Source: Octopus vulgaris (taxonomy: Eukaryota). Taken from it: a stretch of 64,000 nucleotides of DNA. Below are positions 38,321-51,840 of this stretch, one piece after another; the first letter of the stretch is position 1; each line of letters starts with the position of its first letter. Made by a program: the position numbers and the translations under genes. The DNA lies in the NCBI GenBank assembly GCA_951406725.2, contig OX597831.1, forward strand, positions 25,978,001-26,042,000, given 5' to 3'. The notes below the pieces were generated by a model. It saw nothing but the letters and a program-made list of their open reading frames with translations. It did no database searches and had not been told where the DNA came from.

Positions 38321-38525
38321 TTGTGTGTCTGTCTTTGTCCTCCCAGCATCAATTGACAACCGATGCTGGTGTGTTTATGTCCCCATTACTTAGCGGTTCG
38401 GCAAAAGATACCGATTGAATAAGTACTAGGCTTACAAAGAATAAGTCCTGGCATCGATTTGTTCGACTAAAGGCGGTGCTCCAACGTGGCCACAGTCAAA
38501 TGACTGAAACAAGTAACAGAGTAAA
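38102..38525 (+). mobile_element. SINE family S1
   Basis: Full-length homology. Confidence 0.9.
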
Positions 38526-38647
38526 TATAAACCTATATGTTTCACAGCAACAAATATACTTTCCCTGCACAAATTGATTTACTGTACGGTCTTTTAATAA
38601 TAAAATTATTCTGTTTTGTCCCTACTTAATTTTTGATATAACTACAA

Positions 38648-38682
38648 TTTTCTTCCTTTTTTTCTTTTAATTTCAGGTGAGT
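38648..38682 (+). promoter_or_regulatory. candidate recursive splice site (AG|GT ratchet point at 38676/38677)
   Basis: ttttcttcctttttttcttttaatttcag directly followed by consensus donor gtgagt; no AG from 38548 to 38674. Confidence 0.55.
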
Positions 38683-39367
38683 GTTTACTTTACAGTTTAC
38701 TGCTGTTGATTTTGAGAAAAAGAAAAAAACAGGTTTGCAAAGAAACTTTTAATAGCATTGTATTAATTTCCACTTATGCACATACTTCAGATTGTTAAAA
38801 CCAAAAGGAAATTCACAGGGATACAATATGTTTCCAGAAGTAAAAAAAAGAAAGAGATACAAATGCTTATTTTATAATTAATCGAAAATACATTGGTTTA
38901 AAAATTTCAATAACTAATATTGGGATACATTTAAACTAAATCATCGGAGCATGACAAACAATGCAAGCATAAATAAGGAATTATTTCAGCGTTGTTGACT
39001 ATTGAATCTGAGATTGTTATGGCTTTTTCCCCCCCTCCTATTTAGTTTTACTCTATTTTTGTTTAAACAGGAATGTTAACTATTATTTGCATTATTTCAA
39101 TTTTGAAGAATTATTTATCGAACAATAAGCTGTTAATCTTACATGAATAGAGAATAAATATTATTGATAACTGGTTAAACTGATGGACTACTGCCACAAT
39201 CAATATTAATCGAAAAACTGTCATTAACATTTCATTGTGACAAGACACATTATTTCACTCACCCCAGTCTACTTCGCTTAAACTGTTCCTTTCATTTCAT
39301 AGTGTGTCTTGTTAGTATTATGTGAGAACCAGGCACTTTAAAATCATACCAGCCTAGGCTGAGAAAG

Positions 39368-39690
39368 TGAAGGCACATGGCTCACTGGTTAGACTGTCAG
39401 GCTCACAGTCATGTGGTAGTGAGTTTGATTCCCAGACCAGGCTGGATGTTGTGTTCTTGAGCAGGACACTTTATTTCACATTGCTCCAGTTCAGTCAAAT
39501 TTAGAAATGAGTTGTGATGTCACTGGTGCCAATCTGTATTGGCTTTTGCTTTTCCCTTAGATAACATCAGTGGCATGGAGAGGAGAGGCTGGTATGCAAG
39601 GGTGACTGCTGGTCTTCCATAAACAACGTTGCCTGGACTTGTGCCTCAGAGGGTAACTTTCTCGGTCCAAATCCTGTAATCATTCATGAT
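39368..39690 (+). mobile_element. tRNA-derived SINE (H3 head, Tc tail)
   Basis: Homologous to 56737-57071. Confidence 0.75.
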
Positions 39691-40274
39691 CTATCTTTGA
39701 TTCATGTATTGTTCACTCAGCAACAATGAGATTGATAACAACACTATGATTTTGTAAGTGTGATGTTGGATATGACTAACTATTGGTTTCTGTTGCTGGA
39801 ACAGAAAGAATTTCCTATTCCTTTTGTAGAAAACCAATGATGACTTTAAAATTAACATTCTTAAACTATCAAATTCTTAAACTATCATTCTATTTAAAGT
39901 GAAACTTATTCATAACAAAACAAGTTTTCCTTGATAAAGAATTGCTCTTGTTTAAATGCTTTGTTGAATCTTCAGAATAACCTTCCTGAAGAGTGTCTGA
40001 AGTAGAAAGTTGTTGTGGGTAGGGATATCTTTGAAGATTTTAATTTCTTGTAAGCTATCAATGGCAGAACGGATTAACAATACCAAACTTTCTTTGGATT
40101 ATTGAACAGAATCAAAAATAAAAGACTTAACCGACTGAAATAGTTCAACCAGGAATTTATATTCAGTTACTGTTTACCACTACTTTACAGAACTGTTGTA
40201 ACCATGTCTCACAACTCATACATATATAAGAGAAATTCCAACCACTTTACGTGGTTAGCTAACTAAACAACTCC

Positions 40275-40505
40275 TTTTTGGGATCCAGTAACTAAAGACG
40301 TCATCAGGAGGAACCATGTCCAGTTTTGGCCCCTATTCCTCTACTGTTTTCTGACGTGGCAGGGCCCCCACCTTTCAGAGGTGTCTTCAGCTTTGCTGTT
40401 GAGTGTGTTTTTTTTTTTGTTTTTTGGTTGCATTGTCTTCCATGCAGCATCAATGAATGTCAGTAGATGAATGACCATTCTGCCAAATTTCCCTTTCAAT
40501 ACTCA
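40275..40505. repeat. unclassified interspersed repeat (second copy ~46758-47005)
   Basis: Shared ctccttt..ggatccagt..tcatcaggaggaacca..tgacgtggc..tcttcagc..gcatcaa..ccttt.aatac. Confidence 0.7.
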
Positions 40506-40698
40506 CTGGTATATATATATATATATATATATAGAACATTATTGGTGTTCTAATTTCAATTATCCGACCAACGCACGGTTGCAACACCATATGGTTGTAC
40601 CTCCAACCGTGCTGTTTTACTGCTGTGATTTTTGCTACTAAGGTACCGGTTAAACTTTTGATTAATCTACTACAAGATTATTCATCTTTCTATTTCAC

Positions 40699-40755
<57 letters not shown>

Positions 40756-43700
40756 TATTGGAATCTTACATATATACTATTCTGATCAACAAATGGATCA
40801 ACAAATTCAATATCTCTACATACCTCACATCTATTTTCATTCCTCCACCTCACTCTCTGTGTTGTATCCTATCTAAATTAACTATTATTTAACCATCATC
40901 TCACACCAAAGAAGGGTTATAATTAATAAATATCCTGGAAACAGCTGTAAGACCTTCTATCTATAAATGTTCTAATATCTATACAGCCTTGGTTTTCTTA
41001 TCTCATTAAGCAAAATTTCTTATATATATATATATACACATATATATACATAAAAAATATATCTGCACCACATGTAGCACTAAAGACTAACACAGATCTT
41101 TTGAACCATCAAGAAAGCCTCCATAATGTAGCTTGACCAGCTTGAAACAGCTGCTGAATATTACTCAAATCACATTGTTTTACCTTAAGCAAGAAGGCTC
41201 AGATGCTTACAATGATGAGATGGTCATGACTGGAAGATCTTTGATAAAAGGTTCATTCAATCAAGACTAATTTAGTGGTGTTAAACAATAACTGATGTAT
41301 CTTATAAAATGGTAAAGGGTTACTCTACATCAAGAACAAACTGGTGGTTGATGTTCAGCATAGTTATAGCCTGACAATGCAAGTTACATCCTCCCTATAA
41401 TTATCGATACATTAAACAAAATAATGAAATTCCTTACATCTGATAACATCGAAAGTTTAGTTGTCTTGAAACAGCCATACTCTTCGAAATTCAGTTTAAT
41501 CAATGCCAGTAAGCATAATAAGAGCTTTAAAACAATTTTCTCTGTTTCAACTTACTAAATCCAATTAGAGCTACACATCTGTATACATTCACACCCATCA
41601 CTACAGAGATCTGCATATGTTCCCGAGATAGATAGGTGAAACTCCAATAAGTTGTTACATAGCACCAGACCAGGCCTGACCAAGCAGACTCTGTGATCAA
41701 AGACATTCCAACTAAGACAATTCCATCATTATTGTATAGTTATGATGATATTTTTACTTTTATTTTTGTTGGTCTTTTTTGGAAATGGTAGGGTGCAATT
41801 TGAAAGTAATTTAACTGCTATTTCCAGCTGATTGAGTTATCTATAGAGGTTGCCTCGAACAACCTCAATAAATTAGCTTTAACTGTTTATGAACACAGAA
41901 CCTGACTAATGTTTTATAATGATTTTAACACTTTGCTTTAATTTTTAACTAAAGCCATGTGTTATACATATCTGTGGGTGGATGGATGGGTGGGTGGATG
42001 AGTGGATGGATGGGCGGATGGATGGGTAGGTAGGCGGATTGGTGGGTGGAGCAATCATGTTATGGAAGTTTTAAAGGTGTTTGTACATAGGTATGTGAGA
42101 ATTTTAAAAAAGTAATTTCTGGTTTTCTTTTGCTATATATGGTCAGAGTTGAATAAATTTCCAAAGTTGTGATCCTGCCGATGCAAAACATTTAAAGAAC
42201 ATGAGTTTGTGTGCATGCACACATGTGCCATTGTGTGTGTGTGTGTGTGTCTGTGTAAGCACATGTATGTGTGTATGTGCATGTAACATGTATTTGTGTA
42301 CGTGCATGCATAAGTATTCATGCATGTATACACAAATACATTGATAAAACCATGAATCCTGTATAGAAGAATATTTTTTTGACACAAATCTAGCATGGGC
42401 AAAAAACAACTATTGATTTTAAATTCAGCAGAACTCTGCTACTGTTAACATGCTGCCTGTATTCACTCTGAAAACCATTCTGTTTTCTATCTTGCTATTG
42501 TTGTTTTCCTTCTTTTTTCACATATATTTCATCCATGGCAAAAATATGTTCCACAAAATATTTTCAGGAATTACTCTCACATAATTTCATGCAAATATAC
42601 ACATCTGTGTATGTGTGTGTGTGCGCGTGTGTGGTGTGTGTGCACTGACAAATATTCTAAGCAAGCACATTTAATACACTTAATATACACCCACACAAAT
42701 CAATTGAGTTAGTGCCGTTTGGTTAGAACAGAATGAATTTGGTGCCTTTTATCAGGAAAAAAAAATTTCTGGCAACTGCTATTGTAAGAAGATCTATACA
42801 ATTATAACAAGATGCTCACAAATATAAGGCAGTATTTGATAATGTTATTAAAATACACATATCATTATATATCTACTATGATTACCATTTTATATCGTTC
42901 GTTTTCACATAAAATTCCTGTATCCACCAGTTTTGTCCTGTTTTTAGTGTACTTAAAATATTGGTTTGACAATTAATTAGAGATAGAGATTTCTTTCATT
43001 TGTATATTATATCAGTCTGTTCTTTGTGAGACACGAAAACTGTAAGATTTAGCAGTTGAACATCTCCTAGCCACAAGGTTCCCTCAGTTTATTGACTGAC
43101 ATAAGGGTCTGGTCTCACTTCACATTTGAGTGGTTATTTGTTGGGAGAATGTTCAGCAAATTGCTCTTAGCAAAAATCATTTAGACTATGATAACATAGA
43201 ACATTGACTGTCAAGTAGAAAAAATACAGAAGGAAATATGTTGCTGCCATTGCAGCCTATAGCATTTAAGAATCAGTTGAATTATTTCGTTATTAAATTT
43301 TATTTTAACTTTGGTGATGGTGTCTGTTAGTCCTGTAACCCATAAGGACACTAACTCACCACTGTTACGAAGGGTTAATCAGTTCTGTATTCATCCTCTA
43401 CTTATTACACTTATAAATAACAATAAAGTTCAAGTGATTTTCAATGATAGAATTTAATTCAGACTGATTATTTAATTCAAACTATGGGCAAAACACATAA
43501 CTTACTTTGCTCAGCCTGCAGCTTAAGAATTTATCTTTAAACACTTCAGAAGGATGCTGGTACTGCATAGAATACAACTTTCTATTTTAATGAATGGATG
43601 AGAGATAAATCTCTCCAAGGATAATGTCATATTGGACTTGTTTCACTTCTTTATAATTGCTAATACTTTACAGAAACTATGGTATTCACAATATTATATT

Positions 43701-45196
43701 TTTTGCTCTGGCTATATGCTTACTTGAGAAATTATTTTTATTAATCTTGGAATATGCACTTTCACAAGAGCACATTTTGGAAATAATTGATTTAGTGAAG
43801 TGACACCTACTAATCACCTGCTAGTTAAATCAGCAATGATTTTAGGTCAGGAGGTCAAGAATAATTGGTGTGGTTTTCATTACTGTGTATTGATTATTTT
43901 AACCAGAAAGGGAAAGTCCATAGAAAAAATGGAAAAAAATGTACAGAATTACTTGAGAAGACATTGCTGATTTGCTTATTCATTCAAGTAGAGCAATATG
44001 TTACATATAGTTAAGAGAAATTTGTATAGCAGCTTTAGCTCATTAACTTGGAAAGAGACAAGAGTGCTTAAGAGAGACGTTAAGATAAACACAAAACTGT
44101 TTTCAATGGCTGGTGTAGCAGAATAGTTTATAGAAGCAGTAATCACATTTTATTTGATCCAGTGTTTTCTTAGCTTCAGAAACAATGGAAGCATTTGCAA
44201 GGATCTTGTAATGATAATCGTTCATTCAGTAGGGAACAATTCTACTTATTCTTAATAGTCAAGTATTACCAACCTCACAGATACTGAACTGGTAAACTTA
44301 CAACTATGTAATACACCTGACTACTGCATCCTCTCACCTTTATTTCATTTTTTTCTTTTTTCTTATTCTTTTCTTTTTGTGATCCAGCAAATTGAGTGCT
44401 TTCTTAGCACTTTAGTTTATTTATTTTTCGCTCGTGTTCTTGTGTACAAATACCAGCAAAGTAACACATACACCCACACATACGCACATCTTATCTCTTT
44501 GATTCAAAGAAAGAAAGAAATGACAATATCATTGAAAGTAATTAGGTTCCGTTTGGCAAGCTGCTGGATTGTTTGTCAGAAGAAACAAATGATGGAAACT
44601 AATTCTATCCACCTTGTATTCAACTCCATTGATATTCTCTCATTCTTTTATAGCGATTTTTATTGTGGTTAGTTGGCTGTAAGCCACTAATGCTATTATG
44701 TGCAACGTGTAATATTTATGTTTGACACCACTCTTTAAAATGGACACTTGGACACATTCGGCAGTTCTTCGAGAGAGGTAACACATATTTATATTTCAGT
44801 GACATTCCTATATTAGACAGCTCTATACTTTAAATAGAATGCTCTCACATAGTTTGTAAAGTCTAACAGCAGAAGTCTTAGAGTATACAAAACATTGTAA
44901 ATAAAAGTTTATTATTTGGCAGATATTTCACAAATTGAAAGAAAGAATTTAAGTCAAATGTCAAAACGTAAGTCATAAAGTTCAGCTGTATTTTGACCAT
45001 ACCATATAGTCACTAGTACACCTAACACACGTGCTCTCTCCTATCTGATTACCATTCAATGAGTCCCCGTGCTAATATTCACATAAACATGTTGATAATG
45101 AACAAATTCTTTACAGTTATTATGCCACAAGAAATGAGTTACCACCATATCAACCTCTGTTTTATTAGTAAAAGCACTGCAGAGTAGTTAATGTAT

Positions 45197-45619
45197 ACTC
45201 TCTCTTTACTCTTTTACTTGTTTCAGTCATTTGAATGTGGCCATGCTGGAGCACCACCTTTAGTCGAGCAAATCGACCCCAGGACTTATTCTTTGTAAGC
45301 CTAGTACTTATTCTATTGGTCTCTTTTGCCAAATTGATAAGTTACAGGGATGTAAACACACCAGCGTCGGTGGTCAAGCAATGTTGGGGGGACAAACACA
45401 GACACACAAACATACACACATACACATATATATATATATATATATATACATATATACAACAGGCTCCTTTCAGTTTCCGTCTACCAAATCCACTCACAAG
45501 GCTTAGGTCGGCCCGAGGCTATAGTAGAAGACATTTGCCCAAGGTTCCACACAGTGGGAATGAATCCGGAACCATGTGGTTCGTAAGCAAGCTACTTACC
45601 ACACAGCCACTCCTATACC
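45197..45619 (-). mobile_element. SINE family S1
   Basis: Full-length homology. Confidence 0.9.
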
Positions 45620-45913
45620 TATATATTCATAAAAATTTTATTTGTTTCACTTTACCTCTTACAAGGTTTGTTGAAGTAAATCACAAATCATTACATGATT
45701 AGGTAGTTTGTTTTGAGCTTATCTCAACATTCTTTCTACATTGCCTTAATTTCTATGATAGATGGAGTCTTAGAAAGTAATCAGTAAATGTATATTGCTG
45801 AACCAATAAGAATAGTTGGAAATTAAAGTAATATATGCAGATATCATTGCCATGTGGGCAATAACAATTATATGCTTAAGCTTAATATTATTAAATAAAT
45901 GGTTTGATAATTA

Positions 45914-46217
45914 CTAGCAGTATCGCCTGGTGTTGCTCGGGTTTGTAAGGGAAATAACTATATAAGCATTTTTAGAGAGTTACCTCCCTTATATAATAGC
46001 AAAAAAAATGCATTAAAAATGGGGAAAAATGATGGTAAATTTTTTTTTAAATCGTAGACTCATCGTGGATGTGCGCTAATACCCAGAAGGGCTCGATATG
46101 AATCACGACTATAAGATACCCGCTTTTGGTTACACTGCACCGCAAAATGTGGGAGTAGTTAGGAATCTAAATCGTAGGAGACAGACACTCACACAACTTC
46201 ACTTTTATATATATAGA
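45914..46217 (-). mobile_element. non-autonomous Helitron (family Ha)
   Basis: 5' TC, 3' cccgagcaacaccagg hairpin then CTAG, A|T target, no TSD. Confidence 0.8.
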
Positions 46218-47799
46218 TATCACAGCTATGACTGAGATTAATATTATACTGAAACCTTGTATGTTATGACATTGCTATTTTGATATTAAGATGGGGAAGA
46301 AATCAGTAGAATATCAAACCAAATTCCTCATGACATTTAGTTACTTTTGCTGTTTGTTTTTTGTTGAAATCCCATTGGCATCAAATATGCTCAATCACAT
46401 CCAAGTATTGATAAAATAACTAACAGCTGTGTACTGAATTGATTCACTGCTTAGGCACCATCATCCCTAACAATTTGTAGCTCTGTGCTAACATAAGAAA
46501 TCATTATTAAGCAAGCATTCAGAAAATGAATTAGAATTTGATACCATACGGTATGTAATCTTTACTCATTGGAGGTGGGAAAAGATAGAGTGGTAGTTGG
46601 AGCAGAGTGTTGGAGAGTATTTAGTTTTGCCTCTCTTGTTTTTTCTAGGGGTTGATTTTGAGTTCCACTTGTATGTAATTGGTAATAAATACCAGGTGTA
46701 TATTAGGGTTGATTCGCTTGGGGTAATTTCAACCTTGTTTCGTGGTCTGCTATGACAACAGCTCCTTTATAGGATCCAGTTAGCTCAAGACATCATCAGG
46801 AGGAACCACGTCTGGTTTCAGCCGCTCCTCCTCTACCGTTTTGACGTGGCGGGGCACCCCCTTTTGGAGGTATCTTCAGCTCTGGTGTTGGGCGCATGTC
46901 TTCTTTCTCCATCTTTCTTCTGTTCCCTGGCCTCTTCGATGTAGCATCAACGAGTGTCAGCGGGCAACTGACTATCTTGTCAAATTTTTCCCTTTAAATA
47001 CCTTCTGCTAGGCTCCAGCAGGCAGCCCCAGCAAGTTGTCATATGACACTGTCTCAACTGTAACTGACCAATGAAGGCGTGTAGTCTTAGCCCATGCATT
47101 CTCTAACCAACCGTCACCTGTCAATCAGCGAAGCTAATTCAGTGTCAGCTTGTCTCACCTAGTGATGTTATTTTCCGCAAGCATGTTATGACTTTCAAGC
47201 CATTTTTGGTCTACCCGCTTCAGCCATATATAGAAGCTGGCTTTTTTGACCACTTCCTGTGCTCTCCTTATTATATTTATCTCTTACAAATGTATCTCCA
47301 CAATAATAATTATTACAATCAACTCCTATAAAGATACTTATTATATTATCGCTGTTCAATTATAATTTTCCATTTATCTAGTTCCAGATATATTGGTACT
47401 TGGTTAATTCTGTAGAAATAATGATATACACAATCAAGTATATGCAGATATTAGTTTTTAATTACCGTTATAGAGATAGAACACTTTGGATATGGCTTCA
47501 GAGTCACTGTCATGCAAATATTCCCATAAATAGTTTCCTAAACTGCATTCCAGATACAATTATTTAGATAGTAAAATGACGTTATTGCTGTTATAAAGAT
47601 AAATGTATTTCTCCCCTTATTTTATATAACAGATATTTACATTTGTATTCTAAAACTTTATCTTAAGATACGAGAATTTTGCCTTTTTCTATGTTTTGCA
47701 CTGCCATATTTTAGATTATTTGTTACAGTCAATATGAACATGCTCTAAACAAATTCAGTTGCCTTTCCTGTTGTTTTCTGGTCGATTTTAACTTAAAAC

Positions 47800-48670
47800 A
47801 GGAAGACAAACGAAGTGCCACTAAGCATTGTGCCCTGCATGCTAACGCTTCTTATTTCTTTATTTCCCACAAGGGTCTAAACATAGAGGGAACAAACAAG
47901 GACAGACAAACAGATTAAGTCGATTACATAGACCCCAGTGCGTAACTGGTACTTAATTTATCGAACCCTGGAAGGTTGAAAGGCAAAGTCGAGCTGGTAG
48001 AATCGTTTGCACGCCAGATGGAATGCTTAATGGTATTTCATCTGCTGCTACGTTCTGAGTTCAAATTCTGCCAAGGTTGACTTTTGGGGTTGATAAATTA
48101 AGTACCAGTTACGCACTGGGTCGATGTAATCGACTCAATCCATTTGTCTGTCCTTGTTTGTCCCCTTTATGTTTAGCCCCTTGTGGGCAATAAAGAAATA
48201 GATAATAATAATAGTAATAATGCAAAGGAAGAATTCTTTCTATTATAGGTACAAGGTCTGAAATTTTGGTGGAGGGATGTAGTTGATAACATACATACCA
48301 ATACTTGATTTGTACTTATTTCATTGACCCTGAAAGAATGAAAGGCATAGGTGACTTCAGTGGAATTTGAACTCAAAATTGTAAACACAGGCAAAATGCT
48401 GCTAAGCATTTTGTCTAGCATGCTAACAATTCTGCCAGCTCATTGTCTTTTATAAGAATCCATTCTAATATAGGTGCAAGGCCTGACATTTTTGAGGAGA
48501 GGGTCAGTCGATCACATTGACCCTAGTGCTTAACTGGTACTTATTTCATAGACCCCTATAAGATGTGAGGTGAAGACAAACTTGGTAGAATTTAAACTCA
48601 GAACATAGAGACAGATGAAATGCCACTAAGCATTCTGTAAAGTGTGCTGGCAATTCTTCCAACCCACCAC
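47800..48670. mobile_element. cluster of S4 SINE copies in both orientations
   Basis: Minus ~47850-47990, plus ~47990-48202, older minus copies ~48235-48450 and ~48465-48670. Confidence 0.75.
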
Positions 48671-49006
48671 ATTTAACTAATAATAATGATAATTAATTAC
48701 ACAAGAAAATAATTGAAAAAATATTTTCTCTCATTGGTTCATAACAGTACAAATTCTTTCAGTTATTAGCGACTATAGAAGACTATGTCTTAGATTTTTT
48801 TCATTAACATCTTGGTTAATATTGCATCAAATAGTGCTTGTAACCGTGTAATAAGAATGGTTGATGCACACTGAATGTAATTTTTTAAAAACTTTTGTCA
48901 ATTTATTCAGCTTCAGTAATTCCTCCTCCACCTCCTTTACCCTTCTGACCTCTCCAACTTGCAGCATTACCCAGTTGTCTTTCTATACTATTATCTTATT
49001 TATCGT

Positions 49007-49393
49007 GGAGGCGCAATGGCCCAGTGGTTAGGGCAGCGGACTTGCGGTCATAGGATCGTGGTTTCGATTCCCAGACTGGGCGTTGTGAGTGTTTATTGAG
49101 CGAAAACACCTAAAAGCTCCACGACGCTCTGGCAGGGGATGGTGGTGATCCCTGCTGTACTCTTTCACCACAACTTTCTCTCACTCTTACTTCCTGTTTC
49201 TGTTGTACCTGTATTTCAAGGGGCCGGCCTTGTCACTCTCTGTGTCACGCTGAATATCCCTGAGAACTACGTTAAGGGTGCATGTGTCTGTGGAGTGCTC
49301 AGCCACTTACACGTTAATTTCACAAGCAGGCTGTTCCGTTGATTCGGATCAACTGGAACCCTCATCGTCGTAACCGACAGAGTGCTTCCATCC
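49007..49393 (+). mobile_element. SINE S2 (H2 head + Ta tail)
   Basis: 12-bp TSD atcttatttatc at 48993 and 49394. Confidence 0.9.
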
Positions 49394-50035
49394 ATCTTAT
49401 TTATCATAGAATAGATGGAGAAGAGATCATTCCTCTGATGTTTTGGAAGGACAGAACTAAAATTTCATCTCTTAATAATGTTCTTTACATATACACATTT
49501 ACATATGCAGTATTTATTTACAGATCTTGTTTTATATCAACATAGATAAAAATTACAATAATATCTATATGCAGCACATGACTAGATTCAGTGGTGTACT
49601 TGAAGATTAACTCTTTTTCTGTTGCATCTAACATTTACAAACTGTTTCTAATTCTTATAACTTAATATAGAAATTCAACTAAACACGTCAATAAGCTGGA
49701 GCATGAATACTTTATCCAGTCACCATCTTTAATCAACTTTTCACTACATTATATTCCTTTTTAATCAATCCAATTTTCTTATTGAACATTACATTATTAA
49801 TATTTTCCTAACCACTGTACTAGAAATAAACCACGTTATTTCATGGCTGTCAGTAAAATCCTTTTGTTTCCTTGCTGATTGCATCTAATATCAGTCAGTT
49901 ACATTAGTGTGGGATGATTTTTTTTAGAAATTTTATCTTGGTAAATTTTTTAAAAGGTTTCTCTTTTAGTTACAAGTAAATCTAAGGCTACCCTTATTAT
50001 CTTGTTATGGTATTACTTTTCTCTGCTAAGACATT

Positions 50036-50192
50036 TGCGTAGGAGTGGCTGTGTGGTAAGTAGCTTCGTTACAAACCACATCGTTCCAGGTTCAGTCCCA
50101 CTGCATGGGCAAGTGCCTTCTACTATAGCCTCGGGCCGACCAAAGCCTTGTGAGTGGATTTCGTTGATGGAAATTGTATGTATGTATATATG

Positions 50193-50223
<31 letters not shown>

Positions 50224-50418
50224 GTAGGTCCCGGGTTGAGTCGGGGTTAACCACAGTAAATAAGGTACTCAATACATAGCAGAGTAAATTAATTTATTTT
50301 ATAGAAGGAGCTTCTACAGGACTAGAACTGTTTCATTCAAAAGAAATCATCAGGAAGCTCCTGATGATTTCTTTTGAATGAAACAGTTCTAGTCCTGTAG
50401 AAGCTCCTTCTATAAAAT

Positions 50419-50458
<40 letters not shown>

Positions 50459-50677
50459 TGTGTGTGTGTATATGTTTGTCCCCCCAACATTGCTTGACAA
50501 CTGATGCTGGTGTGTTTACGTCCCCATAACATAGCGGTTTGGCAAAAGAGACTGGTAGAATAAGTACTAGGCTTACAAAGAATAAGTCCTGGGGCTGATT
50601 TGCTCGACTAAGGGAGGTGCTCTAGCATGGCGACAGTCAAATGACTGAAACAAGTAAAAGTGAGAGTAAAAGAGAGT
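50036..50677 (+). mobile_element. SINE S1 with a palindromic HHR insert in its (TA)n
   Basis: S1 head and tail flank an insert at 50224-50421. Confidence 0.85.
50307..50361 (-). ncRNA. intact type-I hammerhead ribozyme
   Basis: Stem I GGAGCUUC/GAAGCUCC, core CUGAUGA, stem II UUC-UUUU-GAA, GAAA, stem III ACAG/CUGU, cleavage triplet GUA. Confidence 0.8.
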
Positions 50678-51840
50678 ACGTATATGTTTCATTCTCTTGC
50701 ATTATTGAGAAATTTTATATGAGGTTCAATATTCTTAGAATGTTGAGGAAATGGAATTAAACAATCAAAAAAGAGATGGTAGAATGTTTATAATGGTGAA
50801 GGAAAACAATTGATTCGGGGATGTTTGTCTAACCATTTTCATATTATTGCATCAGTATGAAGAAATGGATGTGCAGTGTATATAAATGAGATTGATTGAT
50901 ATATATTAATTTTATATCTTTTATAAAATGAAATGAAAAAGGGTTTATCAAATTCTGACTTTTATCTTCCACATGACAGATTTATTTTAGATTGGAAAAT
51001 AGTGAAGAAAAATACCTCCCTTAAAGAAAACTTTCTTATATCAAATTGATTGTTATTGCAGCATTTTATTTTGTGTGATATGTGTAATATTGTTAAAAGT
51101 TACGTGCAATATAAATTTTAAGAAAATAAATTAACTTCTAGTTTAAACTAATAATTTCAGAAAATATCCAATATCTTTGGAAATATTTAAAAATTTTATA
51201 AACCTTCAATCTTGTTATTAAATATTGCTTGTGGTTTTACATTTAATTTAATTTTAAAATGAAATGTTCAAAGTGTCATGGTAAAAATAATTCTACAGTT
51301 TAAACTTGAAGAAATCACTATTATAAATACTAATATTTTTCTCGCAATAAAGTATTCAGTGTGATATTGGGAAATATGTACTGGATTTCTGTTATATAGT
51401 CACTCTTATACAAAACTATATTCCTGTATTCATAATTTACATGGCATCAGTTTTAACATCCTTGTCATCAATCACATCTAGTCATTTGGTTATTTACATG
51501 TTAGGAGTATTCTTTAGTTAATGCTGAACTGGGCTATACAATAATAACAGTAATCATTATTATCTGTCATTCTTATATGACTGAGTGGGTTAGACAGGTT
51601 AGATAGCTCTTAATTTGAGTTGGTTGTTCTTATTTTTCAAGGTTGAGAGCTAATCCCTTTTATTAATTCTTGTATCATACAATCAACTCATTCAATTTTT
51701 AAAGCATTTCCAGTCTAGAGAACAAAGGAAATAGAGAGTGGTTAAAAAAGTATGTTTAAATATAATAAGTATTGTTATAAAATGGCGATATTATGACCAT
51801 TATATGACCATTATAATCTGCCTTATTCACTTGTGCCGAA

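Noticed and set aside
40275-40312. CUGAUGA on the minus strand in the repeat shared with ~46760-46805
   Set aside because: Neither copy has GAAA after a stem II
41975-42050. (GGAT/GGGT)n G-rich run, possible G-quadruplex
   Set aside because: Ordinary degenerate tetranucleotide microsatellite with mostly GG runs
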